Source: Macrostomum lignano
Lineage: Eukaryota
Length of the DNA stretch: 64,000 nucleotides
Direction: 5' to 3'
Assembly (NCBI GenBank): GCA_002269645.1
Contig: NIVC01002856.1
Coordinates: 1-64,000, forward strand
In this document: positions 61,701 to 64,000 of the stretch, in pieces
Layout: each line of letters begins with the position of its first letter
Position numbering within the stretch: position 1 is the stretch's first letter
Notes under the pieces: model-generated
Database searches by the model: none
Seen by the model: only the letters and a program-made list of their open reading frames with translations
Told to the model about the DNA's origin: nothing
Translations under genes and position numbers: made by a program

Positions 61701-63867
61701 TGATGGATGAATTCTGAATAATGATTAATTCAATATCCGATCAATGCTTCTTCTTCTAGGCATCCAATCTTCTTTTAGCTAGCTAAGACCCTTCGAGCGC
61801 TTTCATCGAAGACAATTATTGCTGTATTCATTGATTTGGTTCAGTACCTGAATGCTCAGATGTTCAAGTATTTATTCAATAATTAGCATCCCCTTTCATG
61901 ATTTTTGCCAGGGGTCATTTCGACGATTCAATGACTCGCTTCTATATCGGCTGCGTGGTGGAGGCCCTGACCTACCTGCACAGGCGGGGCGTGGTCTACC
62001 GGGACCTGAAGCCCGAGAATCTGCTGCTGGACTCCACCGGCTACTGCAAGCTGACGGACTTCGGCTTCGCTAAGCGCATCGGTTTCGGCAAAAAGACTTG
62101 GACTTTCTGTGGCACGCCCGAGTACGTGCCACCGGAGGTCATACTCAACAAGGGCCACGATCTGTCTGCGGACTTCTGGTCTCTGGGCGTGCTTATCTTC
62201 GAGCTTCTAACTGGTACTCCGCCATTCGTCGCTTCGGACCCCATGAAGACGTACAACATCATCCTCAAGGGCATCGACGCCGTGGATTTTCCCCGCCGAG
62301 TAGGCCGCAACGCGCAGAACCTCATCAAGAAGCTGTGTCGGTGAGTTTTGCCGGTTTGTCATTATTTTATGCGGTAGAATTTCAGATGGGGCCAAATTTA
62401 CTACACTACACTGGATTCAAAAGTTGAGATTGACAGAAAAAGTACAAAGTACGGTATGTTTGTTTGCAGGGGCGCCTAGGGGCTGCCGAAAATCAAGATG
62501 ATCCCCAGGCAGCGAAGAGACAAGCAGTCAGGCCATTTGGCTGAACCCTGATACGGAAGCAGGCACACAATCCCACAGATTGTACAGCGGCCCTGACTTT
62601 GTTTTCGTCAGTCAGCACACACTCAGTGCCTTGTGTACTGGCCCTCATGGGCGAGAATTGAACTAAATCCAAACAGTTTAACGTGGCCAGCTACTTTGGC
62701 GCTAGAATCAGACGGTACTGCTACATCTGCCCCTTGAAGAGTACATTTCTTTGATGAGGAAAAAATCAAGAGGCGTTGTACACTCTGTGTGAGCACAGTG
62801 CGCATGTGTACGAATTCTTTGGTATCACTTTTTAGAGGCAGTGGCTGTGTGCAACCTGGCGCACTTTAAGCGACATTGTCACACAACCGGCGAGAGGCAT
62901 TACTGCCTATTCCACCGACACCCCTGAGCAGGCACACAAGCGCGCGGATACGTACGCAGGCACACACTCACACAGAAATGTACAGCGGCCCTAAACTTTA
63001 TTTATCGTTAGGCATGTACACTTCACTGTGCCTTGGGGGCTGGCCCTCAAGAGCATTAATTGCACGAGCAGAGCCAAGCCGAAATTCCAGTTTAGCCCTG
63101 AATCAATGTGACTGCACTTGGAATCGAGCCTGAGCCGCTGGCACATCAGAGCGCTGCGCCAGACCACTGGACTACGCCCCCATACTTTTGCGTCATATAT
63201 ACTCTTAGAATGCAGTGATGCCTAAACTACAACGATTAAATATACTCAACAACATTAAAAAGTCGCCACCTTTGACAGTGCGCAGTAAATTCTAGCTCAG
63301 TATTGACTTTTGAGTGACGCAACTTGCGCCACGCGACGCAGAGTTGGGCTGGGTGGGGAGGGATTGGGAAGAGCGGAGGGCGAAGATTGGATAGATTGAA
63401 GCTTCCGCTCGGTTTTCATTGTTTTTTCAAGCATTTTTTAATATAAAAATGGTTAACCAGGTGATAGACTGGTCCAAAGACACTGCTCACTGGGGCAAAG
63501 GGTGGCGAATTTTCAATGTTGCTGAGTATAATTTAGTTCTTCCTTTGATGCCAATTCCTAAAAATCCTCCCAAATTCGATTTTTTTCCTCAAATTTAAAC
63601 ATTATTCACGATTCTAACTCTCACGTTGCCACCCCCTTTGCCCCCCCCCCTAATCCTGAAGTCAACATTTGCCCCCGCCCCTAAATCCTGAAGCGAACTA
63701 AATTTCCATAACTTGATTGTCCGCTTGATTTTTTCAGCGACAGTCCATCTGAGAGGCTGGGGTTTGGCCGCGGCGGAGTGATGGAGGTGGCCCATCACGT
63801 CTGGTTTGAGGGCTTCAACTGGGCCGGGGTGAAGTCGCGATCCCTCACTCCACCGTTCCTGCCGAAG
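49781..63867 (+). CDS. PRKG1: cGMP-dependent protein kinase (PKG I / foraging / EGL-4 type), isoform using the upstream first exon; 3' end lies beyond the window
   Basis: Exons 49781-50040, 56016-56182, 56489-56605, 56679-56784, 57046-57282, 58454-58525, 59639-59707, 59893-59980, 60448-60587, 60669-60758, 61912-62340, 63738-63867 total 1905 nt in one frame with GT-AG introns. Motifs: [75 protein letters not shown]. Confidence 0.96.
50993..53184 (-). mobile_element. P-superfamily (THAP) DNA transposon, internally deleted, long TIRs
   Basis: TIRs 50993-51304 and 52873-53184 (312 bp, about 3 mismatches, ends CAGGG/CCCTG). Perfect 8-bp TSD GTTTTTTC (50985-50992, 53185-53192). THAP-like VCEKHWP..DPPSVF (about 52330-52470) and a transposase C-terminal-like segment [24 protein letters not shown] (51658-52027). 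Confidence 0.88.
53500..54000 (-). mobile_element. LINE 3' fragment (I/R1-like C-terminal region with decayed CCHC knuckle)
   Basis: Reads [13 protein letters not shown]...[13 protein letters not shown]; homologous to 55545-55920. Confidence 0.65.
54497..54828 (+). CDS. PRKG1: Alternative first coding exon of PKG (I-beta-like leucine zipper plus autoinhibitory segment)
   Basis: [33 protein letters not shown]...[10 protein letters not shown]. The donor AG|GTAC at 54828/9 is phase 2, the same as the upstream exon, and compatible with exon 56016. Confidence 0.85.
54903..55550. repeat. 66-bp tandem array, about 10 copies
   Basis: Period checked at 54903/54969. Confidence 0.95.
55545..55920 (-). 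mobile_element. LINE 3' fragment, second diverged copy
   Basis: Reads [10 protein letters not shown]...[22 protein letters not shown]; shares blocks such as GGTGAGCCTGTCCTGAG and CAGCTAGTGCTGCGGT with the 53.5 kb copy. Confidence 0.65.
56285..56400. repeat. Short degenerate 18-bp array (GGTATTCTGTCTAACAGT), about 6 copies
   Basis: Directly visible. Confidence 0.8.
57646..58200. repeat. 23-bp minisatellite (TAAAAGAAGCGTCATGTCAGACA), about 23 copies, PKG intron
   Basis: Period checked at 57651/57674. Confidence 0.95.
58545..59552. repeat. 22-bp minisatellite (GGGAGTGACGTCGAGTCAGATT), about 45 copies, PKG intron
   Basis: Directly visible. Confidence 0.95.
62830..63180 (-). mobile_element. tRNA-derived SINE copy in the last visible large PKG intron (a second partial copy lies at about 62580-62660)
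   Basis: Head GGGGCGTAGTCCAGTGG...GGCTCGATTCC; shared body. Confidence 0.75.
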
Positions 63868-64000
63868 GTGAGCCGGTTATCTAATTGTAACTGTTTAATT
63901 TAAATTTTAAACCGTTTCAATTTTAATAATTCGACTGTGTATTTTGATTGACTTATTCTTCATCAGTTTTCCCAGTTCACCTGGGGTCCTTCTAGGTGTT

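Noticed and set aside
63960-64000. Final PKG exon
   Set aside because: The sequence after the nearby AGs does not encode the expected AGC C-tail; the exon probably lies beyond the window.

Overview
Eukaryotic (metazoan) genomic DNA with GC-rich exons, AT-rich GT-AG introns and abundant minisatellites. The style resembles the flatworm Macrostomum, but that is inference only. I assembled five protein genes by hand. (1) An intronless ZnT/SLC30 zinc transporter (-). (2) A 5-exon aminergic GPCR with the histamine H1 signature (+). (3) A 3-exon divergent CK1-family kinase (-). (4) A 2-exon four-TM MS4A/CD20-like protein (-). (5) A cGMP-dependent protein kinase (+) with two phase-compatible alternative leucine-zipper first exons; it runs off the right edge. 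Mobile DNA: a decayed tyrosine-recombinase (DIRS/Ngaro-type) retrotransposon, a 2.2 kb P-superfamily THAP element with 312-bp TIRs and a perfect 8-bp TSD, about seven copies of a tRNA-derived SINE, two LINE 3' fragments, and an inverted-repeat-flanked element filled by a 20-bp satellite. About a quarter of the window is tandem arrays (units 4, 12, 15, 20, 22, 23, 35, 55 and 66 bp), the largest an 8.2 kb 55-bp array. No rRNA, true tRNA or CRISPR was seen. Comparisons to named proteins are from memory and no searches were run.
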